64,000 nt of DNA from a virus (Duplodnaviria; Heunggongvirae; Uroviricota; Caudoviricetes), in the IMG/VR virus record IMGVR_UViG_3300042485_001768; one strand, 5' to 3'. Below are positions 24,474 through 36,400 of the stretch, one piece after another. Positions within the stretch are counted from its first letter, which is position 1. Each line of letters begins with the position of its first letter. Made by a program: the position numbers and the translations under genes. Under the pieces are notes generated by a model. It was not told where the DNA came from, made no database searches, and worked only from the letters and a program-made list of their open reading frames with translations.

Positions 24474-25310
24474 ATGGATACATCAATAGAAACCTTGATT
24501 AATAAATTAGAATCTATAGAAAAAAGATTAGATAATATAGAAAAAGAAGTATTTTTAGACTATGATAAACCAAAGTGGGTTTTGAATGATAATCTTCCAT
24601 ATCCATTTTACCCACAAAAGGTAGAAAAAAATACCAAGATTGTTAGAGTAAAGGATAATTATTTTTATACTGCATACAATCTTTTTGATAAAGTGACTAT
24701 CAATAGTATGCGTGAAGATTGTGATAGACAATTTAATAAGACAAATCAGACTCCATTAAGAGGAAAACAAAATAGTGGGTGTATCATAGACTGTCACGGG
24801 CATCATTTGTCTAATAGTCCAGAATATCCATATAAAGAAAATTGCTGGAATACATTTTGTATGGCAGCAAAAAAACATGTAGTTAATTATTGTATTCATG
24901 CTGGAATTGATCCAGAAAAAATAATTCCGCATTCTTGCTGGTCTTCTAGAATGGTAGATTATGAAGATCCAAATAATTACCTAACTTTAGAATGGAATCA
25001 CAGTACAGATAATGTAATTAGTAAACATCTAATTGGTATTATATACTATTTGTCAAATCCAGATCCAAAATATGGAACTTATGTTTCTATAGAAAAACCA
25101 AAAATAAAAGGATTATTTAATTCTAAAAATACTTATTATAATGAAGGTATTGAAAATTCATTTTTTATTTTTGATGCTGGTAAGTCATATCATTCTGATA
25201 TGATTCCCAAACTAGAGGATTTGAGAAAAAAACCAAAATATGTTATTAGATTTGATTGGTATATAAATTTTCCATACAATAAACCCTCTTGGGAACTACC
25301 AAAAGTATAA
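24474..25310 (+). CDS. hypothetical protein, possibly with a 2OG-Fe(II)-like fold
   Basis: WNH...IIYYL...YHSD...VIRFD pattern. Confidence 0.5.
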   Translation: MDTSIETLINKLESIEKRLDNIEKEVFLDYDKPKWVLNDNLPYPFYPQKVEKNTKIVRVKDNYFYTAYNLFDKVTINSMREDCDRQFNKTNQTPLRGKQNSGCIIDCHGHHLSNSPEYPYKENCWNTFCMAAKKHVVNYCIHAGIDPEKIIPHSCWSSRMVDYEDPNNYLTLEWNHSTDNVISKHLIGIIYYLSNPDPKYGTYVSIEKPKIKGLFNSKNTYYNEGIENSFFIFDAGKSYHSDMIPKLEDLRKKPKYVIRFDWYINFPYNKPSWELPKV

Positions 25311-25314
25311 AAAA

Positions 25315-25929
25315 TTAATATCCTAAAATTTCATAATCTTCAAAATAGTAATTCTTAATTAAGGATTCTATTTTTTTATTTTCTTTTATTTTATTTTCTT
25401 TTAATTCTGCTGGATCTCCATAATAGGAATACTCTTTTATTTCTACATTATCATTAAAGTTTTCATTAAACCATGTAATAAAATTTTTAGTCAATCCATC
25501 TTCAAACTTATAGACTAAGGTTTTATCACTTAAAAATTCATTTTGTGGTCTCATCCAGTTTGAATTATATCTTTTAGTAATTGCGTGGTATTCAATGAAA
25601 TGTTTTAACCCTTCTTCAGTTTCCAATGAAGAAATTACTTGGTCTTCCATATCAGAGTACCATTCATTAATCATACAGTGTGCTGAAGAAGCAAATCTGG
25701 TAAATGGATCTCTAACAATTGCAAACTGTTTAGAATTCTCAACGTCTTCTAGCATTTCATATAATGGATAATGTAAATGCATTATACTGATGCCATAAAT
25801 TGATTGCTCATAATCAGTGTGATAAAGATCATACCCATTATTAGACAAAACTTCTTTAATATACCTACCACCAGTTCTGGGAATGTGAATATGAAAAGCT
25901 TTAATATCTTCTTTTACGAATAACGTCAT
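25315..25929 (-). CDS. sulfotransferase family protein
   Basis: HIHIPRTGG (5'-PSB-like), IVRDPFTRFASS (3'-PB), RPQ. Confidence 0.8.
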   Translation of the reverse strand: MTLFVKEDIKAFHIHIPRTGGRYIKEVLSNNGYDLYHTDYEQSIYGISIMHLHYPLYEMLEDVENSKQFAIVRDPFTRFASSAHCMINEWYSDMEDQVISSLETEEGLKHFIEYHAITKRYNSNWMRPQNEFLSDKTLVYKFEDGLTKNFITWFNENFNDNVEIKEYSYYGDPAELKENKIKENKKIESLIKNYYFEDYEILGY

Positions 25930-26042
25930 TTTTATTTTTACCGCTCATCCTATTATACCGTATATATCGAAATTTGACACCACCCCAAAATATCGATAAA
26001 ATACCTTTGTTGGGTTTGAATAAATATAGCTCTTTATAATAC

Positions 26043-26050
26043 TATAAATA
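26043..26050 (+). promoter_or_regulatory. T4-like late promoter (also at 27138, 37389, 44490)
   Basis: TATAAATA 25-45 nt upstream of structural gene starts. Confidence 0.75.
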
Positions 26051-26074
26051 TTTGAAACCCTCAGAAGAAGTGTA

Positions 26075-26410
26075 ATGGCAGCAATACCCTTAAATCTTAC
26101 TATTGAACAGGGTGCAGATTTCCAAATAAATTTAACTGTTAGAAATAAAGATGGTACTCCATTGAATCTGTTGGGATATACTGCTTCGAGTAATTTAAGA
26201 AAGCATCATACATCAACAACTACATATCCTTTTATTCTTACTTTTGTTGATAGAATTAATGGAAGAATATCTTTAGAAATGTCAGATGCTGTAACGGCAA
26301 CTTTGACTGAGGGGAGATATGTATATGATATTTTTATTGAATCATCTAATGGTAAAAAGACAAAAGTAGTTTATGGAATGGCATTAGTGTCTCCAGGAGT
26401 TAGCTTCTAA
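26075..26410 (+). CDS. virion structural/adaptor-like protein
   Basis: LTIEQGADF...GRYVYDI pattern; late promoter. Confidence 0.65.
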   Translation: MAAIPLNLTIEQGADFQINLTVRNKDGTPLNLLGYTASSNLRKHHTSTTTYPFILTFVDRINGRISLEMSDAVTATLTEGRYVYDIFIESSNGKKTKVVYGMALVSPGVSF

Positions 26411-27120
26411 TGTCTGATTTTATAGTAACAGTTGATGATGGTTTATATGATGTTACGATTGATCCAGGATTACAACGATATAATCTTGGAGTCAATTATG
26501 AGATACCATCAAAATCAACACAATATAGTAATTTACTTTTAGATAATATATCATCATCTTTTAATGGAACTTCTCAAACATTTCCATTAACTGTCAATGG
26601 TGAACCATATTTTCCTTTAAATGAACAACAGTTAATAATTTCTGTTAACGATGTTGTTTTAAATCCTGGTGTAGATTATCAAATATCTGGAAGTAATATC
26701 CATTTCACAATACCTCCATCTAATGGAGATGTATTTTTTGGGGTTGCGATGGCAACCACTGCAGATCTTACAAGGACTATTAATTTTGTTCTTGATAGTG
26801 GGTCTGAAGATATATCACCAGGGTCTAAAGGACAACTTGGTATTGATGTAACTGGAAGAATAGAATCCTGGGTTTTAGTTTCTGAGGATGTTGGATCAAT
26901 AGTCATTGATATTCAAAAGGATAGATATGACACATTCCCAGATAACCTTACATCTATTGTTGGAACTGAATACCCAAGATTAAGTAATCAACTTAAAAAT
27001 AGAGATGAAGATCTTACAACTTGGAGCACAATTATTACTGCTGGGGACATTTTAGACTTCAGTGTAATATCTTGTTCTGGAATTAAAAAGTGTTCTTTAT
27101 TCCTTAGACTTTTACTTTGA
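26410..27120 (+). CDS. tail/baseplate-associated structural protein
   Basis: FNGTSQTFPL...LIISVNDVVLNPGVDY...IHFTIPP fibre-type domain. Confidence 0.65.
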   Translation: MSDFIVTVDDGLYDVTIDPGLQRYNLGVNYEIPSKSTQYSNLLLDNISSSFNGTSQTFPLTVNGEPYFPLNEQQLIISVNDVVLNPGVDYQISGSNIHFTIPPSNGDVFFGVAMATTADLTRTINFVLDSGSEDISPGSKGQLGIDVTGRIESWVLVSEDVGSIVIDIQKDRYDTFPDNLTSIVGTEYPRLSNQLKNRDEDLTTWSTIITAGDILDFSVISCSGIKKCSLFLRLLL

Positions 27121-27181
27121 TACAATTATTAAAATCTTATAAATAAAAACATAACGGACAACTGTAACGGAGACCTTTCAA

Positions 27182-28561
27182 ATGGCTTTATTAGTATCAG
27201 ACAGTGGTGAATTACAGTCATTGAGATATCTGGTAAATAGCAATCGCAATATTCCAAGAAATTTAATTCTGAAGCTTTTTACTAGCAACACCACTCCAGC
27301 TGAGAGTGATGTTCCAACTCAATTGAAGTATTATGAACCATATGACGCATCTGGATCTGTTGGTTATGGAACCGCAGCAAGCACTGGATATCCTTTAGTA
27401 ATTAATAATAGAAACGACGAAGATTATTCAAGACAATACGGTATTCTTCTGAATGGTAGTCAGTGGAATGTAAGAACAATTGTTACCCCAATTGCAACTC
27501 CAACTGGAAGTGGTAACATCAACGAATATACCATTACCGTATCTTCAACAACCAATATTGCTGTTGGTCATTATGTATCTGGTGGTGGTGTAGGTTCTAA
27601 TGCAACTGTTGCTGCAATTGACGGTAACGTAATTGTCCTTACTGTTAAGAACGCATCTACATTCAGCAACCAAGCACTAGAGTTTGGTAGAGGAACAACA
27701 ACTGCTTCTTATGCTGAGCAGACCTTTACCTTTACTTCTGCTGCTAATAACTGCTATGGTTACTACCTAGTTAGAGCAAACAACATGCCTGTTGCTCTAA
27801 ATGGTGTTCTTCACGCTGCTTCAGTAGGTATCGGTTCAACAATTTCTAAGGCACAGACTAGTGGAACCATCGGACAGTCATTTGTAACTCTATTCCCATT
27901 CAAGTCTGAACCAACTGCAACTGGTATTGGATCTGAATTTACAATCACAGTATCTACAAATGCAGGTATTACCACTAACCAAAGAGTTATTGGTGTAGGT
28001 ATTGCTTCTGGTGCAACAGTTGTTGGTATCATGAATACCACTACTATTGTTCTTAGTAAGAAAAATACAGGATCTGTAAGCGGTGTTACAACATTCTTTA
28101 GAAATGTTACTGAAGATCTCTGTGTAGGTATGGGTGTTACCCATGGATTCCTTGCTGGAGAAACTGACGCTATTCCTGCTGGAACTGTTGTCACTGGTAT
28201 TGATGAAAAAACTGGTATTGTATATCTGAGTAATGAACTCGATAACAACATTCAGTCTGCGACTGGTAACATCGTTTACTTTAACTTCAGTCAAGTTACT
28301 GCTACTGATCACGGATTAGTTCCTGGTGATGTAATTTATATTGCTGCTGGTGCTGCAAACACAACTACAACATCCGCAACTTATACAATCTTTGAGACTC
28401 CAAATACTAATACCTTTAGAACTGTTCCTGCCCTATCTGGTATTGGAAGTGCTACTCTTTATAGCAGCATCTTCTTCGCAGAAAGATTCACAAACGGTCC
28501 TTACAACATTCAGAACAACGGTGACCAAATCAAGGTTACTCTGAATATCAGCCTCGACTGA
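27182..28561 (+). CDS. virion structural protein (Gly/Thr-rich beta protein)
   Basis: 459 aa, late promoter, LKLFTSNTTP...GDQIKVT pattern. Confidence 0.7.
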   Translation: MALLVSDSGELQSLRYLVNSNRNIPRNLILKLFTSNTTPAESDVPTQLKYYEPYDASGSVGYGTAASTGYPLVINNRNDEDYSRQYGILLNGSQWNVRTIVTPIATPTGSGNINEYTITVSSTTNIAVGHYVSGGGVGSNATVAAIDGNVIVLTVKNASTFSNQALEFGRGTTTASYAEQTFTFTSAANNCYGYYLVRANNMPVALNGVLHAASVGIGSTISKAQTSGTIGQSFVTLFPFKSEPTATGIGSEFTITVSTNAGITTNQRVIGVGIASGATVVGIMNTTTIVLSKKNTGSVSGVTTFFRNVTEDLCVGMGVTHGFLAGETDAIPAGTVVTGIDEKTGIVYLSNELDNNIQSATGNIVYFNFSQVTATDHGLVPGDVIYIAAGAANTTTTSATYTIFETPNTNTFRTVPALSGIGSATLYSSIFFAERFTNGPYNIQNNGDQIKVTLNISLD

Positions 28562-28642
28562 TTTACACTGCTTGATATCTTTGTTATGGGGGGATTGCCA
28601 AAGCGATCCCTCCTATTTTTTTATCGGAGATAAGGGAATACT

Positions 28643-31204
28643 ATGCCAGCACGTAATGTAGGTATAAATTCAACGTTTGAACAGCAACGACAAGTCATCA
28701 ATTCAATTGCTGAGGATGTTTTTACTTTAACATCCTCTATTGTTGGATTTGGTAGTACTGGAATAACTGTTGATGTTGATTATGCACCAAATGCTGGTGT
28801 CGCAACTTATTCGCAAACCTCTGGTATTGCTACTTATGCTGCTACTGCAGGAATAGTTTCTTATGCTAATTTAGCTGGAGTTGCAACATATGCATCAACT
28901 TCTGGATCTGCTGTTCAAGCACAAACTGCAGCATTTGCTGATGTTGTTGGTGTAGCGTCTTATTCATCAATTTCTGGTATTGCAACGTATGCTGTAGTTT
29001 CTGGCGTTGCTACTTATGCTTCTGTTTCTGGAATATCAACATATTCCTCATTATCTGGATCTGCTTCTATAGCGAGTTATTCTCCTGTTGCTGGATTTGC
29101 CACTGTTGCTGCTAATCTAACAGGAGTACCAAATCTTAATGTTGGTATTCTTACTGCTAGTAAATTTGTTGCTGATGATGCAGAGTTTACTGGAATATTA
29201 ACAGCACAAAGTCTTAAGTCGAGTTCTGGTTATATTCTTTCTCCAGATAATCAACAATCAATAAGAATTTTTAGTAGTAGTGGATCTGTAACATTTCCAT
29301 TAGGAATTGGGTCCGATATAAATGTTGCTGGTATCATAACTGGAACAAAGTTATATGGTGATGCTTCTAATGTAACTGGAATCGTTACTGATGGCATCTC
29401 ATCTATTGTTGCTGGTGGTAATATAATTGTTCAGCAAACAGGGAATGTTGCTATTGTAACTGCTGTATTGGCAGGTGGTGGAGGAGGATTTTTTGAAGGC
29501 GGAACTGCTGGAATTGGAACAACATCTGCAGTTGGAATTGGAACAACTATACCAACAGAAAAATTAACAGTTAAAGGTAATGTTTCTGTTACTGGTAATA
29601 TTATTCTTACTGGAGAAATAAGTTCTCCAACTAGAATTAAGTTTGGTAGTGGTGGGGAAAATATAAAAATTGGAGATTTAACTGGTGGTTTTGGTTCTGC
29701 AAACGTTGCGATTGGAGATCAGGCATTAGGACTAAACAATGGTGGTCTTGGTCATAATATTGCTATTGGACAACTTTCCTATTATGCAGTAACTTCTGGA
29801 CAATATAACATTGGACTTGGAGATCGTGCTGGACAAAATTTAACTACGGGATCTTATAATGTAATCATTGGTTCTTATAATGGACAGACTGGATTAGATA
29901 TTAGAACATCATCAAATAATGTAGTCATTGCTGATGGTGCGGGTAATATTCGTCAGTATATTAATTCAAGTGGTAATGTTGGATTTGGTACAATCGATCC
30001 ATCAGATAGATTAACTGTTTCTGGTAGAATACAGATACAACAAGATTCTGGTTCCAATAATAGAATTGTTTTTAGAGGACAACCATCATCCTCTTATCGT
30101 TGGAGTATTGATAACTACTCATCCAATAATGAATTTAGAATTTTTAGAGAAGATGATGCAACTGCTGCAAATGGTTTTGTTGCTGTTAGTATAAGTACTA
30201 CTGGAACTTTAAATGCTACTAAATTTTCTGGAGATGGATCTTTATTAACTGGAATTACTGCTCTAGGGTCTGGAATTCAAATCAAAGATGATGATGTTCT
30301 TGTAGGAACTGCAGCAACAGTAAATTTTGGATCTAACTTAAATGTTACTCTTTCCTCTGGCATTGCTACTGTCTCTGGGAATGGATTGGCAACTTATGCA
30401 AATATATCTGGTATTGCAACTTATGCATCTACTGCTGGGATTTCTACAACTTCTTCTTATGCAACTTCATCAGGAATTTCTACTTATGCTAGTTCATCAG
30501 GAATCTCTACTTACGCAACTTCATCGGGAATATCTTCTAGTTTAATTGCTACAGCAAGTGTTAATACTTCTGGAATTATTACAGCATCTTCCTTCTCTGG
30601 ATCTGGTTCTGGACTTACAAATCTTCCAGCTGCACAACTTACAGGATCACTGCCAGCAATTGATGGTTCTGCTTTAATAAATGTAACTGCATCTGGAACT
30701 GGTATTGTAGTTGAAGATAATAATGTAAATGTTGGATCTGCAGTAACAGTCAATTTTGGAACTGGACTTGATGTTACATTCAGTTCTGGTATAGCAACTG
30801 TATCATCATCTGGTGGTTCACTACAATCTAGAATAACAGTTAGTGGAGTAACTACATCAATTCCTAATCTTGGGATTGGTAATACTGATATTACTGGATT
30901 TAAATCTTATTCATTAATGAAAGTTGGATTATCTACCGCAGGATGGATAAGACTATATACTGATAGTACATCTAGAACGAACGATGTGACCAGAAGTGTT
31001 GGAGAAGATCCAGCACCTGGAAGTGGAGTGATTGCTGAGGTTGTAACTACTGGAATATCAACTCAACAAATAATTACTCCTTTTGTTATGGGTGGCAATA
31101 TGGATACTCCCGTCACCGATAAAATTTATGTTGCTATAACCAATTTATCTGGTTCGACGCAAACAATCACCGCAAATCTCACCATTCTTCAACTGGAGGC
31201 ATAA
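28643..31204 (+). CDS. tail fibre protein
   Basis: 853 aa; GIATYA heptad-like repeats, GIGTT-P..KLTV fibre motifs, N.AIG..A repeats. Confidence 0.8.
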   Translation: MPARNVGINSTFEQQRQVINSIAEDVFTLTSSIVGFGSTGITVDVDYAPNAGVATYSQTSGIATYAATAGIVSYANLAGVATYASTSGSAVQAQTAAFADVVGVASYSSISGIATYAVVSGVATYASVSGISTYSSLSGSASIASYSPVAGFATVAANLTGVPNLNVGILTASKFVADDAEFTGILTAQSLKSSSGYILSPDNQQSIRIFSSSGSVTFPLGIGSDINVAGIITGTKLYGDASNVTGIVTDGISSIVAGGNIIVQQTGNVAIVTAVLAGGGGGFFEGGTAGIGTTSAVGIGTTIPTEKLTVKGNVSVTGNIILTGEISSPTRIKFGSGGENIKIGDLTGGFGSANVAIGDQALGLNNGGLGHNIAIGQLSYYAVTSGQYNIGLGDRAGQNLTTGSYNVIIGSYNGQTGLDIRTSSNNVVIADGAGNIRQYINSSGNVGFGTIDPSDRLTVSGRIQIQQDSGSNNRIVFRGQPSSSYRWSIDNYSSNNEFRIFREDDATAANGFVAVSISTTGTLNATKFSGDGSLLTGITALGSGIQIKDDDVLVGTAATVNFGSNLNVTLSSGIATVSGNGLATYANISGIATYASTAGISTTSSYATSSGISTYASSSGISTYATSSGISSSLIATASVNTSGIITASSFSGSGSGLTNLPAAQLTGSLPAIDGSALINVTASGTGIVVEDNNVNVGSAVTVNFGTGLDVTFSSGIATVSSSGGSLQSRITVSGVTTSIPNLGIGNTDITGFKSYSLMKVGLSTAGWIRLYTDSTSRTNDVTRSVGEDPAPGSGVIAEVVTTGISTQQIITPFVMGGNMDTPVTDKIYVAITNLSGSTQTITANLTILQLEA

Positions 31205-31210
31205 GGATAA

Positions 31211-33139
31211 ATGGCAATCTCTACAAATACTTTTAGAGTTAATCCAGGTTGGGCAAGATCTGATGTTATTAGTCAGATGGAGAGTGCTTTAACTTGGTTA
31301 GGTTGGCATTCTGGAACTGAAACTGGTCAAGTTGTTGGACTCAGTAGTTTTTGGGGTGGTGGTAATACTGGTGTTACCGAGTATTATTACGATGTCAGAC
31401 AAAAATCTACAAGTGGTGTTGGAACAAATGCTAGCTTTTTTGTTTATAGAGACACTATTGGGGTTAGATATGTTCTTGTAAATCGTCCTGGTGTTGGATA
31501 TACTGGTGGTGAATTAATTGTCCTTGATGGAAATAGCATCGGTGGAATTTCAAGTGGTGCAGCAGACTTATCGTTTAAAGTTTGTGTAAATGAAACAGTA
31601 ACGGGTGGAACTAATATTTCTATAGCAGTAACAAATATTGTTTATGGTGGAACTGATTATACGTGGAGATTTTCGGGTTCAGATAGAAATGGAGTAATTG
31701 GTTCAGGTCAAACTCATATTACCGTAAGAGAAGGTGATGTGGTAAGTATTGGTAATAGTTATACTAATTCATTTAATCCCGCTCTTGCAAATCCAACTCC
31801 ATATACGACAAGTAATACAAATACAAATAGAGATCGTGGAATGATTGCAGGTCAAAATTCTGGTGGTATTCCATATAATAATTTTATTGTTTTTAGACCT
31901 AAAATCGGACAAGCAGGAACATATACCTTTAGAGGTACAGGGAGTAATCTTGGACCAGAAATGGGTAGATTGATTGTTCAACCTTGGAGTGGAAATCCTG
32001 GTGATAGAACATTAGTTGGAATAGGATCAACAAATACTTTCTGGGATAAAGATTTATCAACAACTTATCCTTGGGCAGTTCAAAATCATAAGATACAAGA
32101 TAATAAACGGTATGGATCTACTTATCGTATTTTTAGAGAATATACTGCTGGGTATCTTGATATTGTAACATGTAGTGGATATAGTTCTTACTATGGTGGG
32201 GAATATTATGGTAACGTTGATAATAACAATACCGACACTTCCGATTATCATGGCGGAACAGCGTCTCCCAAAAGAGCTGCTGGATCTACTCTTTTAGATT
32301 ACCCATCTAATAATATAAGTGATATAAGGGACAGTGGAATGTCATTGGCAGAATATGCCACTTTGACGACCCAGATTATGCGTTTGGCAACTGTTAATCA
32401 CGGAACAAATTATGGATTTAATTTGGATTTAAATGTATTTAAATCTAACCTTGACCCTAGGTTTGCAGTATTTTCTTATAGAGCATCTAATTTATCATCA
32501 ACACATCTTACTACAAATACTTTTGATACTTGGTTTTTCCACAACTTTACTACTGATATTTGGGATTTGGATCATGTATTTCTTGGTGGAATGACTGTGA
32601 TTTATCCTACAACTGGGAATACAACAAATCCAACATTAACGTTTAGAACTTATTTGAGCTCCAAAGATCCAGATAATCTTAATTCTGGAGCAAAAAGAAC
32701 TGCAGAATTTCCTTATCAAGATAATAGGGGATACACTTCTGGTTCGGACAATTATGTTGATTGGATTATAGAATCGACTGCATATCCATTTGACATGACT
32801 CCGTATACCACAAGAATGTATTATAGGTCTAATGATTCTGTTCTTACTTATGGTGGTGGATATCCCAATACTGATGGTGGAAATGAAAGAGTGTCTCCAG
32901 ATGCAAACTTTAATGCCGTTATAAAAGGATTGCCGATTAGTGGATGCCTTCTTCCTATTCCATACTATTTGCCAGATGACTTTGTTTTGATTCAATTTTA
33001 TTACAATGCTGCAAGTGCAAATATTCAACAGGGAGATACAATTACAATAAGTCCCAGTGAAGTTTATACTGTAATTACTGGATCTTATAATCAAACAACA
33101 GTGACTCGTGGAATTTTATTCTGTGCGAGGACTGTTTGA
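31211..33139 (+). CDS. tail-fibre-associated structural protein
   Basis: 642 aa, Gly/Thr/Asn/Tyr-rich, in the late operon. Confidence 0.65.
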   Translation: MAISTNTFRVNPGWARSDVISQMESALTWLGWHSGTETGQVVGLSSFWGGGNTGVTEYYYDVRQKSTSGVGTNASFFVYRDTIGVRYVLVNRPGVGYTGGELIVLDGNSIGGISSGAADLSFKVCVNETVTGGTNISIAVTNIVYGGTDYTWRFSGSDRNGVIGSGQTHITVREGDVVSIGNSYTNSFNPALANPTPYTTSNTNTNRDRGMIAGQNSGGIPYNNFIVFRPKIGQAGTYTFRGTGSNLGPEMGRLIVQPWSGNPGDRTLVGIGSTNTFWDKDLSTTYPWAVQNHKIQDNKRYGSTYRIFREYTAGYLDIVTCSGYSSYYGGEYYGNVDNNNTDTSDYHGGTASPKRAAGSTLLDYPSNNISDIRDSGMSLAEYATLTTQIMRLATVNHGTNYGFNLDLNVFKSNLDPRFAVFSYRASNLSSTHLTTNTFDTWFFHNFTTDIWDLDHVFLGGMTVIYPTTGNTTNPTLTFRTYLSSKDPDNLNSGAKRTAEFPYQDNRGYTSGSDNYVDWIIESTAYPFDMTPYTTRMYYRSNDSVLTYGGGYPNTDGGNERVSPDANFNAVIKGLPISGCLLPIPYYLPDDFVLIQFYYNAASANIQQGDTITISPSEVYTVITGSYNQTTVTRGILFCARTV

Positions 33140-33369
33140 TGGCTAATTTTACTTTTGCATCAGTAACAACAGCAAGAGTTGGAATTGCATCAACAGAGAC
33201 AATTTATTCTAATATAGTTGGTGTTGCTTTATCTGTTACAACAACAAATGGGACAATTCCAATGGGGAATATATCAGGAATGATCATTGATAATTCTCGT
33301 CCTGGTACATTAACTGGAAGAAGACCTCAAACTGGTCAAGTATTCCCTCGTGGAATTTACAATAAATAA
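33136..33369 (+). CDS. small structural protein
   Basis: 77 aa ending in RRPQTGQVFPRG. Confidence 0.55.
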   Translation: MMANFTFASVTTARVGIASTETIYSNIVGVALSVTTTNGTIPMGNISGMIIDNSRPGTLTGRRPQTGQVFPRGIYNK

Positions 33370-33405
33370 AACATATAGATCTACAATTTAAGATTGTAGA
33401 ATTAA

Positions 33406-36400
33406 ATGGCAGTATACTCCTACACATCTTCTGCCACTTTAAATATTACAGACGGATATGATGGCGATTTACTAGGGTCATATCCAGGATATTTTGTATC
33501 TACATATAGCGAAGAAAAAACATCTTTCGATTATAATAAAGATTCTATAGTTACCTATGATGTATGGGACTATGGAAGTATATCTGATGCAATAACTGAA
33601 GATGAAGATTATGGAGAAATAACCGCTACCATTGAATTATGGTATCAAATACAAGATTATGGTACGTTAGAAGTTAATACTACAAGATCTCCTTATGGGG
33701 AAATTAATTTTGGTGATTTTGCAGATTCTCGTTTAATCCGAGTTAGTGTTGGGGGAGTTCAATTTGCTCTGTTTGGTAGGGCAGCAACTGAAGTAATATT
33801 TAATCCTGTTAATAGAGTCTTTGATATTGAAGGTGCTGCTACTGTTAGGGCTACGTTGGCTTCTGCTGGTAACGGCATTGTCAACTTCCCTCGCGTCAAA
33901 GCGACAGATTCTGTGGGATTTTCTTCTCCAGAGTCTGTCTTTTTGTTGAAAATTCAAGGAAGTGCTGTTACTTATCCAGTATTCTATGAAGGAGATAGAG
34001 TATTTGATATTGAAGGAACGGCAGATGAATCTATAACTTATGATTACAATGACTCTTCTAAACTTGATCTTAATAGTGATGATTATGGATTTATTACTGA
34101 AGCTCTTTCTAGAACAGAAGACTTTGGATTAATAACTGAAGGTCAAGATATTCAAAGATGGGACTCTGAAGCAGAAGATTGGGGTCTTATTACTGAAGAT
34201 ATTACCGTTAATCTTTACGGTAAATTTAAATTATTCGGTAAAGGTGAAGAGAGCTTTATATTTGCAAATTATGATGGATCTTGGGGTAATAAGCAACCAA
34301 GACTACTTGGTACTGCTAAAGATTATTCAACACCAAAAATTAATGGATCTGGAAAGATTACTCTTGAAGGAACTCCTCGCGTCCAAATTAGGATGCACTA
34401 CAAGGCGGATGGTGGATGGGATAGATATCCAGACAGATTCCGTGGTGGATCACTATTTGGATTTAGTAGTGCTACTCAAACTTCTACATTTACAGAATCT
34501 CCAACAGGAAAACTATTCTCAGTACAGAGTACAACTACATTTAGTGCAGTAAGAGATGAAGTTGGTATTAGTGATGAGGATATTTTAGTCAGAGGTAATG
34601 CAAATTATATTGTTATCTTTAATGAAGTTGATAGGGTACTTACCTTTAGCAACATTGAAGATAATAGCAGGGTATATTCATATAATGAAACTTCAATTGT
34701 TAATGTTGAAGGAATCGATTATGGATTTGTAAGTGAATCTCCAACATTATTTGAAGATTATCAAAATATAACTGGAGATGCTTATTATCCATGGGAAATT
34801 GATGACTATGGATTCTTAACACCAGATAGACCACTATTCCCATATGGTGTTGCAAGAATTATTAGCACTACTGCTGATAGTCAGACTAAGATTTATATTG
34901 GTGATGGGTTAACTTCCATCAATGGCAATGCTAAGGTATATGTATTACCTAAGCATAATGGATCTGGATTTATCAGAATTGCTGGTGAACTTATTGAGAA
35001 GAACACTGAAAATTATGTTGGTTCTGGATCACTGTTTGGATTCTCCAGCACATCTGAGTCTACTGCTGTTGTTGAAGAATCTAAGGAACTCTTCAAGTTC
35101 ATTGGTAATGCAGTTGAGAAGAATACTGAGAATTATGTTGGATCTGGATTATTCTCCACACTTGGTGGATCCGCAGAATCTTATGGTCCAAATCCAGAAG
35201 AACAAGGAGAACTTTTTACATTCTCTGGATCTGCTGTTGAAAGAAATGCAGAATCTTACGTTGGTTCTGGATCACTCTTCAGTATTAGTGGACATGCAGA
35301 AAGAGTTACATATCACTACAATGAATCTTCAATAGTTGATATTGAATCTTATGATTATGGATTTATTACTGAAACTCCACTATTTGAATCATCTTGTGAC
35401 ACTATTTCTGATTACTCTTCTGAACTGATTAGTACTTATGCTGATGAAATAGTATCTGAATTTGGATGTGTTGATGTTGGTGATGATTATGGATTAGTTG
35501 GTGATCAAACCATATATCCATGGCAGCGTGATGATTATGGATTTATTATTCCAGATGCTCCAAGAAGACCATATGGTAAGTTTGAGTTTATCAGTGGAAC
35601 TACTGATGCTCAAACTAAGGTATACATTGGATCTGGTTCACTATTTGGATTCTCCAGTACAACTGAAGCAACTGTTGTACAAGCAGAATCTAAAGGACTC
35701 TTTAGAATTTCTGGTAATGCTGCTGAGTCTACAACTCCTGCAACTGAAATTGGATCTGGATCCATATTTACATTTGTATCCTTTACTGAGACTGCTACTT
35801 ATAATCCACCAGAATCTACTGAACTATTCAAGATTTCTGGTGAAGCATATGTATTGATTGCACCAGATTATCCTGGTAGTGGAACTATTACCGTTAGCGG
35901 TGAGGCAAGAATTTATGTCTTACCTAAGCATAATGGTTCTGGATTCGTTCATATTTTTGGTAATGCTGCTGAATCAACAACTCCTGCAACTGAAATTGGT
36001 TCTGGATCCATATTTACATTTGTATCCTTTACTGAGACTGCAGTATTTAATCCTGCAGAATCTACAGAACTCTTCAAGATTACTGGTTCTGCAGTTGAGA
36101 AAAGTTCACCAGGACCAGATGGATCTGGAACTATTGAACTTAATGGTTCTGCAACAACCATCTTTAGACTTAAGGTTACTGAAACTGGAAGAGAACCAAT
36201 TAAGGTTACTGGTAATGCTACAGAATCTACAACACCAGCAACTGAGATTGGATCTGGTTCACTCTTTGGATTCTCTAGCACAACTGAATCTACTTCTAAT
36301 GCTGAGACTTCCAGAGAACTCTTCAGATTCTCTGGAACTGCAGTTGAGAAGAACACTGAGAATTACGTTGGTTCTGGTAATGTCAATATTGAAGGTAGTG

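Noticed and set aside
27811-28312. Two minus-strand ORFs inside the 459-aa structural gene
   Set aside because: Low-complexity antisense reads of a Gly/Thr-rich gene.
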